Shown: piece by piece, positions 1-9,207 of the stretch | Layout: each line of letters starts with the position of its first letter | How positions within the stretch are numbered: the stretch's first letter is position 1 | NCBI GenBank assembly: GCA_945929845.1 | Contig: CAMEON010000004.1 | Span: 708-64,707 of the forward strand | Direction: 5' to 3' | DNA: 64,000 bases | Source of the DNA: an uncultured Clostridia bacterium | GTDB taxonomy: Bacteria; Bacillota; Clostridia; Oscillospirales; CAG-272 | The notes under the pieces: model-generated | Database searches by the model: none | The model's input: only the letters and a program-made list of their open reading frames with translations | Told to the model about the DNA's origin: nothing | Position numbers and translations under genes: made by a program

Positions 1-277
1 CCATAGCCTTCTCCAGTGCCAGACAGCATACATCCGCCACCCGCTCCATGGCAAGGAAATTCCATTCCGGGTGGGCGGCGGCCATGCCCACGGCAAAGTT
101 TCCCTTGCCGCATCCGATCTCCAGGTGTACCGGGCGGGAAGGCTCCTCCTGCCCTGTGGCCGGGAAAACAGCCGCCGGGTCATCCCCCAGCCGGGACAGG
201 AGGAGGGGATCAGACACCAGCAGTCTTGCACAGGCGGCGATCCGCTCCTCCCCGTGCTTCTTTCTTCTCATTCTCAT
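1..277 (-). CDS. trmB: tRNA (guanine-N7)-methyltransferase TrmB, 5' part; gene continues past the left edge
   Basis: Not in the ORF track because no stop lies in the window. Reverse-strand translation from ATG 277-275 gives MRMRRKKHGEERIAACARLL...RPVHLEIGCGKGNFAVGMAAAHPEWNFLAMERVADV. The MRMR start and the LEIGCGKG SAM-binding motif match TrmB as I recall the Bacillus protein. Confidence 0.75.
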   Translation of the reverse strand, partial: MRMRRKKHGEERIAACARLLVSDPLLLSRLGDDPAAVFPATGQEEPSRPVHLEIGCGKGNFAVGMAAAHPEWNFLAMERVADVCCLALEKAM

Positions 278-294
278 AGGGCGGCACCAAAGGG

Positions 295-1364
295 TCACAC
301 ATTGAAGCGGAACAGCACGATATCGCCGTCCTGCATGACATACTCCTTGCCCTCGGAGCGGATAAGCCCCGCCTCCCTGGCGGCGGCCATGGTGCCCACC
401 CGCATCAGCTCGTCAAACCCGATGACCTCTGCCCGGATGAAGCCCCGCTCAAAGTCGGAGTGGATCTTCCCGGCGGCCTGGGGAGCCTTGGTGCCCTTGG
501 TGATGGTCCAGGCACGAACCTCCTTGGGGCCGGCGGTCAGGTACTCCTGGACGATTTGGGCATTCCGGATTCCTCAATGCCCATATCCTCCAGGAATGCC
601 GCCTTGTCCTCCCCGTCCAACTGGGCGATCTCCGCCTCGATCTGGGCACAGATGGGGATGACCTGGGTGTGCTCCTGCTCGGCCAGTGCCTTGAGAGCCT
701 GGTAGTGGGGGTTGTCCTCCACCTGCCCGGCCGCCTCATCCTCCGACACATTGGCCACATAGATCACCGGCTTCAGGGTCAGAAGAGGCATATCCGAGAA
801 GGAAGCCTGCTCCTCCTCGGTCAGGTCGGCACTGCGGGCGGACTTTCCGTCCGACAGCACAGCCAGCACCTTCTCAAAGGCGGACACCTGGGTGGCGACG
901 GCCTTGTCCCCGTTGCGCAACAGCTTCTGGAGGGCGGGCAGGCGCTTCTCCACCAGCTCCATATCCGACAGGATCAGCTCCATGTTGATGGTCTCCACAT
1001 CCCGCACCGGATCCACACTGCCCTCCACATGGACGATGTTCCCATCCTCGAAGCAACGGACGATGTGCAACACAGCGTCCACCTCCCGGATGTGGGAAAG
1101 GAACTTGTTCCCCAGACCCTCTCCCTGGGAGGCACCCCGGACAAGGCCGGCAATGTCCACGAATTCAATGACAGCCGGTGTATACTTCTCCGGATGGTAC
1201 ATCTCGGCCAGCTTGTCCAGCCGCTTATCGGGTACGGGCACCATGCCTACATTGGGTTCTATGGTGCAGAAGGGGTAATTGGCGGACTCTGCGCCGCCGC
1301 CGGTCAGGGCATTAAAAAGGGTAGACTTGCCCACATTGGGCAGTCCTACGATTCCGAGCTTCAT
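295..1364 (-). pseudogene. ychF: ribosome-binding ATPase YchF with a broken reading frame (pseudogene or assembly error)
   Basis: ATG at 1364 follows AGGAGA. The product starts MKLGIVGLPNVGKSTLFNALTGGGAESANYPFCTIEPNVG (Obg-like P-loop, YchF type). This frame stops at TGA 539-537 right after ...[11 protein letters not shown]. The canonical C-terminus [38 protein letters not shown]...DIVLFRFNV* is present in another frame ending at 297-295, and that frame has its own TGA at 576-574. The two halves need a frame change between about 564 and 573. Confidence 0.75.
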
Positions 1365-1451
1365 ACGGTTTCTCCTGGTTGTTTTTTTCTTTGACTGCGT
1401 CGCTGTCCTTTTATGGACAGCCGGACGGTTCAGTTCATGATCATTCCCCTT

Positions 1452-1480
1452 ATTATAAACCATTTCACGCCTTTGCGCAA
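1452..1480 (-). promoter_or_regulatory. sigma-A-type promoter upstream of ychF (TTGCGC-17 nt-TATAAT)
   Basis: The reverse strand reads CTTGCGCAAAGGCGTGAAATGGTTTATAATAAGG. The spacer is 17 nt and a TG sits 1 nt upstream of the -10. Confidence 0.5.
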
Positions 1481-1573
1481 GAGGTTTTTCCGAATTTCCG
1501 GATAATAATGAGGAATTTCAGCTTCCATTCAGCCGGAGGGCTATGAAATTGACACATAGAGACATGTTGTATT

Positions 1574-1890
1574 GTAGTACGGCGTAACAAATTAAACTCT
1601 ATTTTCTGATAGCCGATATCAGGATAAGGCAAAAAGACCTGTCGTAGGGCGGGGGCTTGCTCCCGCCGAAAGAACAATCCCTCCGTCACGCTTCGCTGAT
1701 GTAACGCCCTTTACACAAGGGAGGTTTTTATCGGGGTCTTCTCCGGCGGGAGCAAGCCCCCGCCCTACAAGGATGCTTGGAGCAACCTCAAATTGAATCA
1801 TTACAGTGTAGTAGGGGCGACATCCGTATACGGAGCCGTATACGGATGTGGTCGCCCTATTCCATGCGGGCGAGCGCAGTTCGCCTCTAC
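1574..1890 (-). repeat. REP/BIME-like mosaic repeat cluster, locus E1
   Basis: GTAGGGCGGGGGCTTGCTCCCGCC at 1644-1667 has an exact inverted partner at 1745-1768, giving 24-nt arms around a 77-nt core. Further GTAG-headed palindromic units lie at 1811-1857 (GTAGGGGCGACATCCGTATACGG...) and 1866-1890. The terminal unit GTAGTACGGCGTAACAA is at 1574. The same modules recur at 23687, 29175 and 54703. Confidence 0.85.
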
Positions 1891-2015
1891 AAAAATTACC
1901 AGGTGGAGCGGGTTCTATATCCGCCCGGAATGAACTGTATCTCCAGAGTGCCACAGTTCAGCCGTCCTATACATACAGTTTCTCTCCGTCCTTTGGCAGG
2001 ATGGCTACGGACAGA

Positions 2016-2243
2016 CTAAATCTGCTTATGCACGCTCTTGTACTCGTCGTAGTAACGGTAGTAGGGGCAACGGCCTGTCTGCCCGGCCACGAAGGCGGCC
2101 ATTTCGTCCTCGTCAAGAGACACCTGGCAGACATAGGCATCCACATCCTCATCATAGTCGTAGAACTCACAGTCCTCACACCGGGGGGCCGGATGCGTGC
2201 CTGCCTCCTTGTGCTTTTTCTGTACATTGGCACGGTTCTCCAT
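2016..2243 (-). CDS. small Cys-rich protein (DUF6472-like by recollection)
   Basis: 75 aa with GGAAGGAGG upstream of the ATG. The pattern CEDCEFYDYDEDVDAYVCQVSLDEDEMAAF...RCPYYRYYDEYK matches my memory of a conserved small clostridial family. Confidence 0.6.
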   Translation of the reverse strand: MENRANVQKKHKEAGTHPAPRCEDCEFYDYDEDVDAYVCQVSLDEDEMAAFVAGQTGRCPYYRYYDEYKSVHKQI

Positions 2244-2319
2244 GGACAGCCTCCTTCCATTTTGTCAGTCAGCCTATTGTACCACAGGAAAAGACGCTTG
2301 TCAAGATGCCGCCGGGGAC

Positions 2320-2348
2320 TTGCCAGAGAGACGGTTTTGTGGTATAAT
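2320..2348 (+). promoter_or_regulatory. sigma-A-type promoter (TTGCCA-17 nt-TATAAT)
   Basis: TTGCCA lies at 2320-2325, the spacer is 17 nt, and TATAAT lies at 2343-2348, preceded by TGTGG. It sits 37 nt upstream of the 2385 start. Confidence 0.6.
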
Positions 2349-2384
2349 AGGATTATTCTGTCTGCTGTAAGGAGTATACATACC

Positions 2385-3512
2385 ATGAATGATAAAGAAA
2401 TATCCGAGATCCGCCGGCATTTCAGGGCGGAGAGAAGCGGCATCTCCCGCATCCGGGGATGCTATGTCAATGAGAAGCGGGAGATCATCTCCGAGCTGGA
2501 TCAGTCCCTGGGACTGATGTCCGAGACCGAGGCGGAGGAGATCCTGTCCCTTCTCAAGAAGACGCTGTCCGGCCGGGTGGGCACCAACCTGCTGGACATA
2601 GCCTTTTCCACGAGCCAGGTGGCGGAGAGCGAGGAGTACAGGCTCCTGACCCGGCTGCGGGAAACTGCCCTGAAGGATGACCAGGCGGTGCATGCCTTTT
2701 TTGCAAAGGTCATACAGAGCCTGGAGATAGAAGGGAACTACATGATCCTGCTGGCTCACGACAGCTACGATGTATTCACCTACCGGAAGGACGGACATAG
2801 GTCAGAGGATGCGGGGGAGATGTTCAACTATATCCTTTGCACGGTCTGCCCGGTGAGGATGGCCAAGCCAGCCCTGAGCTACTATGTGCGGGAGAACTGC
2901 TTCCGCCATGTGACGGCGGACTCGGTGGTGGCCCCGCCGGCGTTGGGCTTCCTTTTCCCGGCCTTTGACGACCGCTGTACCAACCTGTACGGTGCTCTGT
3001 ACTACACCCGGAGCGTGGAGGACAGCCACACGGAATTTACCGATGCCATCTTCAAGGCAGGGCCCATGCCCATGCCTGCCGCCGAGCAGAAGGCCACCTT
3101 CCACACCGTGCTGGCTGATGCCGCCGGGGAGGCGTGCAGTCTGCCGGTGGTTCGGTCTGTCCGTGCCCAGCTATGCCAGGCCATTGAGGATCACAAGGCG
3201 GCCAAGGAGACGGAGCCGCTCACGGTGGACAAGTATGCCATCCGGGATATGCTGGGCTTCTGCGGTGTCCCGGAGGAGAACATCACCCATTTTGAGCAGG
3301 CGTTCGACGCCGGATTCGGCCCAGGAGCCGCCGTCAGCCCCCACAACCTGGTGGATGTCCGCCGCTTTGAGGTCAGGACGCCGGATGTCCGCATCACCGT
3401 AAACCCGGAAAAGACAGACCTGGTGGAGACCCGCATCATCGACGGTGTCCGCTATATTCTTATTCGGGCTGACGAGGGCGCAGAGGTCAACGGGGTGGAT
3501 GTGCGGTTTTGA
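2385..3512 (+). CDS. DUF4317 family protein
   Basis: Internal start is residue 180 of ORF 1848..3512, with AAGGAG 11 nt upstream. MNDKEISEIRRHFRAERSGISRIRGCYVNEKREII... is the N-terminal signature I associate with DUF4317. The upstream part of the ORF overlaps the repeat cluster and the opposite-strand gene. Confidence 0.7.
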   Translation: MNDKEISEIRRHFRAERSGISRIRGCYVNEKREIISELDQSLGLMSETEAEEILSLLKKTLSGRVGTNLLDIAFSTSQVAESEEYRLLTRLRETALKDDQAVHAFFAKVIQSLEIEGNYMILLAHDSYDVFTYRKDGHRSEDAGEMFNYILCTVCPVRMAKPALSYYVRENCFRHVTADSVVAPPALGFLFPAFDDRCTNLYGALYYTRSVEDSHTEFTDAIFKAGPMPMPAAEQKATFHTVLADAAGEACSLPVVRSVRAQLCQAIEDHKAAKETEPLTVDKYAIRDMLGFCGVPEENITHFEQAFDAGFGPGAAVSPHNLVDVRRFEVRTPDVRITVNPEKTDLVETRIIDGVRYILIRADEGAEVNGVDVRF

Positions 3513-3584
3513 ACTGTAGAACCCGGAACGTTTTTGCAAATAAACCCACGGCACCTATTGACAATTGGGTGCCGTTGTATTATA

Positions 3585-3746
3585 AGGAACCGCTGATTTA
3601 TTCGGCGGCACATCTTCGGCACATCTTTTCCCGCCTGCTTCTTGCCGAAAAACTCGATGTACATCCAGTACATCTTGAGTTTTTCGCAATCGCAGACGAA
3701 AAAATCTGTACCGAATCTGCACCACCTCATTAAATCAGCGTTTCCA
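3585..3746 (-). mobile_element. MITE-like element, family C, copy C1
   Basis: AGGAACCGCTGATTTATTCGG...CATTAAATCAGCGTTTCCA, with TA on both flanks (3583-84 and 3747-48). It is homologous over its full length to the copies at 9021, 29273 and 48866. Confidence 0.85.
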
Positions 3747-3845
3747 TAATGATGCGGAAGTTAGCGGACGCTAACCGGAGGCTGGCCGGTTTGATGCAAG
3801 GTGAATGGTCGGCAAATACTGATTGTCAGTAAGGAGGAAAAGGTC

Positions 3846-4100
3846 ATGGTCAGGATTACGGTGGATGTGGAAGGAATGGCGTGCGGGACGTGTGAAGCAC
3901 ATGTCAACGAGGCAGTCAGGAAGGTCTTCCCGGTGAAGAAGGTCACCTCGTCCCATAGCAAAGGGAGAACGGAGATTATCACAGAGGCACCCCTTGATGA
4001 GAACCAACTGAAGGATGCGATCCAGGCGACCGGGTATCAGGTACTGGGCATCCACACGGAGCCATACCAGAAAAAAGGCTTTTCGCTGTTCAGAAAATAA
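3846..4100 (+). CDS. heavy-metal-associated (HMA) domain protein, CopZ-like
   Basis: Start is residue 16 of ORF 3801..4100, right after AAGGAGG. MVRITVDVEGMACGTCEAHVNEAV carries the GMxCxxC metal-binding motif. Confidence 0.8.
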   Translation: MVRITVDVEGMACGTCEAHVNEAVRKVFPVKKVTSSHSKGRTEIITEAPLDENQLKDAIQATGYQVLGIHTEPYQKKGFSLFRK

Positions 4101-4203
4101 CAGGGGAACATACCCTGAGACATGGATGCCCCGCATATTTCTGTGATGGCCGGTCAGCAAGCTGCTTTCACGACATAGCAGGAAGATTATTTCAATAAAT
4201 CGG

Positions 4204-4232
4204 TTGACAGGAGGGGCAATGAGAGGTATAAT
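4204..4232 (+). promoter_or_regulatory. consensus sigma-A promoter (TTGACA-17 nt-TATAAT)
   Basis: TTGACA at 4204-4209 and TATAAT at 4227-4232. The leader to ATG 4299 is about 60 nt. Confidence 0.7.
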
Positions 4233-4298
4233 AGGCAAGGGCCGGTTGGTGTGGATGTGCCGGACCAGCCTACTTTATACTGTTGATCGGGTGATGAT

Positions 4299-5081
4299 AT
4301 GACAGCATATGCTATGTATGGAATTCTGATTCCTTTCCTGGGGACTGCGTTGGGTGCCGCCTGCGTCCTATTCATGAAAAAGACCATGAGCGACCATTTG
4401 CAAAGGGCTTTGTCCGGTTTTGCGGCCGGGGTCATGGTTTCGGCCTCTGTGGGGAGCCTTCTGATCCATGCTCTGGAGCAGGCGGGAGAGATGGGAGCCT
4501 GGTCCTTCCTGCCGGCGGCGGTGGGGTTCTGGGCCGGTATTCTGTTCCTGCTCCTCATGGACCGTCTGATCCCCCACCTGCACCGGAATGCACAGCAAGC
4601 CGAGGGGCCCAGGAGCCGGTTGCAGAAGACCACCATGCTGGTGCTGGCGGTCACATTGCATAACATTCCCGAGGGGATGGCGGTGGGCGTGGTGTACGCC
4701 GGGTACCTGACAGGGAACGGCAACATTTCCGCCATGGGTGCCCTGGCACTGTCCCTGGGTATCGCCATTCAGAATTTCCCCGAGGGAGCCATCATTTCTA
4801 TGCCGCTGAAGGCGGAGGGAATGAAAAAGTCCAGGGCTTTTTTCAACGGCGTCGCCTCCGGTATCGTGGAACCTGTCGGTGCCCTGATCACCATCGCCGC
4901 CGCCGGTTTCGTGATGCCTGCACTGCCGTACCTGCTCAGCTTTGCGGCGGGTGCCATGCTGTATGTGGTGGTGGAGGATCTGATTCCGGAGATGTCTGCG
5001 GGCAGTCACTCTAATGTGGGCACCATCTTCTTCGCCGTCGGCTTCAGCCTGATGATGATCCTGGATGTGGCTCTCGGATAA
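4299..5081 (+). CDS. ZIP family metal (zinc-type) transporter, copy 1
   Basis: 260 aa and multi-pass. HNIPEGMAVG and QNFPEGAIISMPL are the ZIP/ZupT-GufA-type signatures. Confidence 0.85.
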   Translation: MTAYAMYGILIPFLGTALGAACVLFMKKTMSDHLQRALSGFAAGVMVSASVGSLLIHALEQAGEMGAWSFLPAAVGFWAGILFLLLMDRLIPHLHRNAQQAEGPRSRLQKTTMLVLAVTLHNIPEGMAVGVVYAGYLTGNGNISAMGALALSLGIAIQNFPEGAIISMPLKAEGMKKSRAFFNGVASGIVEPVGALITIAAAGFVMPALPYLLSFAAGAMLYVVVEDLIPEMSAGSHSNVGTIFFAVGFSLMMILDVALG

Positions 5082-5190
5082 CAGGGCGGAGTACCACGGG
5101 TGCGCTTTACCTGAACTGTGACCTTTTGTTTCTCCTCCGAACTTTTCACTTCGCTGGGTTGCAGAAGTGTGTCGATTTTTCTGAAAACTG

Positions 5191-5219
5191 TTGACAGCGC
5201 AAACGAATTGATGTATAAT
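5191..5219 (+). promoter_or_regulatory. consensus sigma-A promoter (TTGACA-17 nt-TATAAT)
   Basis: TTGACA at 5191-5196 and TATAAT at 5214-5219. The leader to ATG 5286 is about 60 nt. Confidence 0.7.
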
Positions 5220-5285
5220 AGTGCGCTGGAACGGGCATTTGCATCGGCATGGTCGGTTCAATTCTTTTGAAACAGGTGTTCTGAT

Positions 5286-6068
5286 ATGGATTTATACTCT
5301 TTTTCGGGAATCATGATCTCTTTCCTTGGTACGGTACTGGGAGCCTCCTGTGTCCTGTTCATGAGAAAGAATCTAAGCGACCGCTTGCAAAGGATCCTTT
5401 CCGGCTTTGCAGCTGGGGTCATGGTGGCGGCCTCCATCTGGAGCCTGCTCATTCCTTCCCTTGAACAGTCTGAGGGGATGGGGAAGTGGGCGTTCGTCCC
5501 TGCGGCAGTCGGTTTCTGGGTCGGGATCCTGTTCCTCTTGCTGATGGATCATGTGATCCCTCACCTGCACAGGAACGCCCTGCAGGCAGAAGGGCCGAAG
5601 AGCCGGCTACAGAGGGACACCATGCTGGTGCTGGCGGTCACACTTCATAATATTCCGGAAGGCATGGCTATTGGCGTGGTGTACAGCGGATATCTTTCCG
5701 GGAATGCCAACATCTCGGCTATGGGTGCGCTGGCTCTGTCCATCGGTATCGCCATTCAGAATTTCCCGGAAGGTGCCATCATATCCATGCCGCTGAAAGC
5801 GGAGGGAATGAAGAAGTCCAAGGCTTTCCTGTACGGCGTGCTGTCCGGTGTGGTGGAACCCATCAGCGCATTGCTGACCATCGCCGCTACGGGCATCGTG
5901 ACACCCATCCTGCCGTACCTGCTCAGCTTTGCCGCAGGTGCTATGCTGTATGTGGTGGTGGAGGAACTGATCCCGGAAATGTCTGCGGGTCAGCATTCCA
6001 ATCTGGGCACCATCTTCTTCGCTGTCGGCTTCAGCGTTATGATGATCCTGGAAGTTCTGTTCGGATGA
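5286..6068 (+). CDS. ZIP family metal transporter, copy 2 (tandem paralog)
   Basis: Same 260-aa length as copy 1 and collinear with it without gaps. Most positions are identical by eye, and the HNIPEGMAIG and QNFPEGAIISMPL motifs are shared. Confidence 0.85.
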   Translation: MDLYSFSGIMISFLGTVLGASCVLFMRKNLSDRLQRILSGFAAGVMVAASIWSLLIPSLEQSEGMGKWAFVPAAVGFWVGILFLLLMDHVIPHLHRNALQAEGPKSRLQRDTMLVLAVTLHNIPEGMAIGVVYSGYLSGNANISAMGALALSIGIAIQNFPEGAIISMPLKAEGMKKSKAFLYGVLSGVVEPISALLTIAATGIVTPILPYLLSFAAGAMLYVVVEELIPEMSAGQHSNLGTIFFAVGFSVMMILEVLFG

Positions 6069-6205
6069 TGTCAGGCGGATAGTAAAGTACATATAGAAGG
6101 ATCTTTGAATAATCCGGGGAAGCTTTCTTTTGAGAGTCTCCCCGGCTCACTTTTTGCCTTCCCGGGCATCACTGAATTTTATGGTGCGATCTTTTTCAAA
6201 AAGTA

Positions 6206-6234
6206 TTGCCAAACGAAAGAATTTATGGTATACT
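6206..6234 (+). promoter_or_regulatory. sigma-A-type promoter (TTGCCA-17 nt-TATACT)
   Basis: TTGCCA at 6206-6211 and TATACT at 6229-6234, preceded by TGG. It lies about 50 nt upstream of ATG 6286. Confidence 0.55.
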
Positions 6235-6285
6235 GTACCCAAATCCGGGCATATGCCCGAACTATTCCGAAAGGATTTGAAAAGT

Positions 6286-8808
6286 ATGAGTAAAGATTAT
6301 ATGACAGACGGCCTGGGCCGTTGGATCACCTTTGCCAATCCAAACGGAGGCGTTGCCTCCGAGACAAAGAACCCCTGGGAGACCCCCATCGGGGCCGCCG
6401 ACCAGTTCGCTCCCATTGTGGATAAGGAGGGCGTAGCCCTCTTTGCCCGGAGCTTTTCCGTGTCCGGCCTGAAGTCGGCCCGCATTGATGCCACCTCCCT
6501 GGGTATTTTTGACCTTTGGGTCAACGGTCGCCGGGTAGGCTCCGGCCGGGAGCGGGCGGACAGCGCACCCTTCGACGAGCTGAAGCCCGGTTGGTCGGAC
6601 TACCGCAAGCGGGTGCTGTACTACTCCTATGACCTGACCGACTACCTCCGGGAGGGGGAGAACACCCTGCTCATCGCCGTGGCACCCGGCTGGTACAATG
6701 GGCGTATTTCCCTGGGCACCTACGGGGACACCCACATCTCCCTCCTGGCCGCCATCCACCTGCTGGACGGGGCAGGGGAGCGGTCCATTTATACCGATAG
6801 CTCCTGGCAGGCCGCCTGGGGCAGTGCCATCCGGGCCGCTGACATCTGGGACGGCGAGATGTACGATGCCAACTACCCCTCCCTGGCGGCTCTGTCTCAG
6901 CCCGGCGCAGATGTGACCTGGAGCACCCCCACCGAGGAGGAGTATGACCTGTTCGTGACCCCCCACATCGGCTCCACCATCACCGTGCGTCCCAACCTGA
7001 CCCGCCGCCCCCAGACCGTGACCATCTACTGCGGCACCGAGGACAACGGCAGTGACTATGGCCGGATCCATGTGGTGGACACCCCCACCGGGGACGGCTT
7101 CACCCTGAAGAAGGGACAGTCCGCCGTGCTGGACTTCGGCCAGAACATGGTAGGCTGGCCCACCTTCACCGTGCAGGGTGCCAAGGGCACTTCCATACAG
7201 GTGCGCTTCGGCGAGATGCTCAACGACAGCGGACTGAAGTCCCGGGGCAACGACAATCCCGAGGGCTCCATCTACTCCATCAACTACCGTTCGGCCAAGG
7301 CCAAGATCTGCTATGTGCTGAGCGGCTCCGGGGAGGAGTCCTACCGCCCCACCTTTACCTTCTTCGGCTTCCGCTACTGCGAGATCCAGGCCACTGAGGA
7401 TGTGACCTTCACCTCCATGCAGGCACAGGTGGTTGGCTCTGCCAATGTGGAGCTGGGTCATATGGAGACTTCCCATAAGGATGTGAACCAGCTGATCTCC
7501 AACATTCTCTGGGGTCAGCGTGGCAACTACCTGTCCGTGCCCACCGACTGCCCTCAGCGGGATGAGCGACTGGGCTGGACCGGCGACACCCAGGCCTTCT
7601 GCGGCACCGCATCCTACAACGCCGATGTGGACGGCTTCTTCCACAAGTGGCTCCAGGATGCCCGGGACTCCCAGGCGGATTCCGGCATGTACCCGGATGT
7701 CATTCCCGCCTCCCGGGTGGTAGGATACGGTGGTGCCGCCTGGAGCGATGCAGGCATCATTGTTCCCTACACCATGTGGAAGATGTACGCCGACACCTCC
7801 ATCATCGAGGAGCATTTCGCCTCCATGGAGCGGTATATGGATTGGCTGGCTACCACCAACATGGCAGGCCCCAACCCCACCTACGGCGACTGGCTGGCCT
7901 ATGAGGGCACGGATAATCGGTACATCTCGGTAGCCTACTATGCACTGGATGCCCGCTACATGGCCGCCATGGCCCGGGCCATCGGCAAGGAGGAGCGAGC
8001 CGCCCACTATGACAAGGTGTATAAGGAGGTCAGCGAGCACTTCCGCACCGTGTACTGCGATGGGGAGGGCAACCTGAATCCGGAGTTCCGCACCCAGACC
8101 GGCTACCTGCTCGCCCTGAAGATAGACCTGCTCCTGCCGGAGAACAGACCTGCCGCCGTGGCGGCTCTGAAGCAGAAGGTGATTGACAACGGCTATAAGC
8201 TGTCCACCGGCTTTGTTGGCTCCTGCATCCTCAATGAGGTGCTGGCGGAGTTCGGCGAGAATAACCTGGCCTACTCCCTCCTGCTACAGACCGAGAACCC
8301 CTCCTGGCTGTACAGCGTACACCAGGGTGCCACCACCATTTGGGAGCGGTGGAACTCCTATACCAAGGCAACCGGATTCGGCGATGTGGGCATGAATTCC
8401 TTCAACCACTACGCCTACGGCGCCGTGCAGGAGTGGATGTACCGCCATGTCGCCGGTATCGAGACCACCGAGGAGGCACCCGGCTTTGCCCATCCTGTCC
8501 TCCAGCCCAAACCGGACACCAGAACGCTGGAGGAGATACCCGCTGGGCAGGAGAAGATCACCTGGGTCAAGGCCTCCTACCAGTCAAGAGCCGGGCTGAT
8601 TCAGTCCAGCTGGGATATGACAAACGGCTTTACCTACGAGTGCCAGGTGCCGGTAGCGGCGACGCTGTACCTGCCGGTGCTGACCGACGGAGACACCTTT
8701 ACTGTCAATGGGGAGACCCATCGCTTCGATGAGTACACCGCCTGCCCCTGCGGCCGCGCGGTGGTCATGGAGCTGAAGCCCGGTACATATACCTTCCGGC
8801 AGAACTGA
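6286..8808 (+). CDS. alpha-L-rhamnosidase (glycoside hydrolase family 78)
   Basis: Start is residue 53 of ORF 6130..8808 (MSKDYMTDG), downstream of the promoter. LSVPTDCPQRDERLGWTGDTQAF and the overall ~840-aa architecture are typical of GH78. Confidence 0.8.
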   Translation: MSKDYMTDGLGRWITFANPNGGVASETKNPWETPIGAADQFAPIVDKEGVALFARSFSVSGLKSARIDATSLGIFDLWVNGRRVGSGRERADSAPFDELKPGWSDYRKRVLYYSYDLTDYLREGENTLLIAVAPGWYNGRISLGTYGDTHISLLAAIHLLDGAGERSIYTDSSWQAAWGSAIRAADIWDGEMYDANYPSLAALSQPGADVTWSTPTEEEYDLFVTPHIGSTITVRPNLTRRPQTVTIYCGTEDNGSDYGRIHVVDTPTGDGFTLKKGQSAVLDFGQNMVGWPTFTVQGAKGTSIQVRFGEMLNDSGLKSRGNDNPEGSIYSINYRSAKAKICYVLSGSGEESYRPTFTFFGFRYCEIQATEDVTFTSMQAQVVGSANVELGHMETSHKDVNQLISNILWGQRGNYLSVPTDCPQRDERLGWTGDTQAFCGTASYNADVDGFFHKWLQDARDSQADSGMYPDVIPASRVVGYGGAAWSDAGIIVPYTMWKMYADTSIIEEHFASMERYMDWLATTNMAGPNPTYGDWLAYEGTDNRYISVAYYALDARYMAAMARAIGKEERAAHYDKVYKEVSEHFRTVYCDGEGNLNPEFRTQTGYLLALKIDLLLPENRPAAVAALKQKVIDNGYKLSTGFVGSCILNEVLAEFGENNLAYSLLLQTENPSWLYSVHQGATTIWERWNSYTKATGFGDVGMNSFNHYAYGAVQEWMYRHVAGIETTEEAPGFAHPVLQPKPDTRTLEEIPAGQEKITWVKASYQSRAGLIQSSWDMTNGFTYECQVPVAATLYLPVLTDGDTFTVNGETHRFDEYTACPCGRAVVMELKPGTYTFRQN

Positions 8809-8844
8809 TGGGTTCCCGCCACCACAAGGGATCATATAACAACA

Positions 8845-8885
8845 CCCCCGCCCGTACCATTCCGGTACCCGGCGGGGGTTTTTCG
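8845..8885 (+). terminator. rho-independent terminator (hairpin copy 1 of 3)
   Basis: CCCCCGCCCGTACCATTCCGGTACCCGGCGGGGG is followed by TTTTT. It lies 37 nt after the rhamnosidase stop. Confidence 0.8.
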
Positions 8886-8965
8886 AAGATGTCTACCGTT
8901 GATATTACCAGCGATTAGTAAATTATGCACAAAAATTAATTCAATAAATTGTAAAAAAAAGAGGA

Positions 8966-8994
8966 TTGCATAAAGTCGGATATTCGTGTATGAT
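8966..8994 (+). promoter_or_regulatory. promoter of cassette 1 (TTGCAT-17 nt-TATGAT)
   Basis: It sits in an AT-rich block that is homologous to 10301-10430. Element C2 lies between it and the RBS. Confidence 0.5.
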
Positions 8995-9020
8995 ATATAC
9001 CGAAGATGTTATTTTGCTTA

Positions 9021-9171
9021 GGGAAACGCTGATTTAATGAGGTGGTACAGATTCGGTACAGATTTTTTTGCCTGCGATTGCGAAAAACTCAAGATGTACT
9101 GGATGTACATCCAGTTTTTCGGAAAGAAGCAGGTGGGAAAAGATGTGCCGCCGAATAAATCAGCGGTTCCT
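9021..9171 (+). mobile_element. MITE-like element, family C, copy C2
   Basis: GGGAAACGCTGATTTAATGAGG...CCGAATAAATCAGCGGTTCCT, flanked by TA at 9019-20 and 9172-73. It lacks the 11-nt GAAGATGTGCC segment seen in C1 and C5. Confidence 0.85.
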
Positions 9172-9207
9172 TAAAAATTCTTGTGACAAGTCAAGGAGGG
9201 TATTCCC

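Noticed and set aside
1619-1954. ORFs that seem conserved between loci (1619-1954, 29285-29611, 3452-3730, 48879-49091, 48882-49076), for example ...SILVGRGLAPAGEDPDKNLPCVKGVTSAKRDGGIVLSAGASPRPTT... and MRWYRFGTDFFVCDCEKLKMYWMYIEFFGKKQAGKDVP....
   Set aside because: The conservation reflects repeated DNA (families E and C). The ORFs run through inverted-repeat arms, and their ends differ between copies because of indels. One copy is internally deleted. Substitutions show no synonymous bias that I can see. I treat them as non-coding, though a short peptide in family C cannot be fully excluded.
4233-5285. A riboswitch or Zur box in the ~60-nt leaders of the two ZIP genes.
   Set aside because: I cannot recognise a known metal riboswitch fold or a Zur-type palindrome, and the two leaders are not similar to each other. 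This is left as an open question in the ZIP finding rather than called as a feature.
6262-8040. A 592-aa minus-strand ORF.
   Set aside because: It is antisense to the GH78 rhamnosidase gene. It is a shadow ORF.
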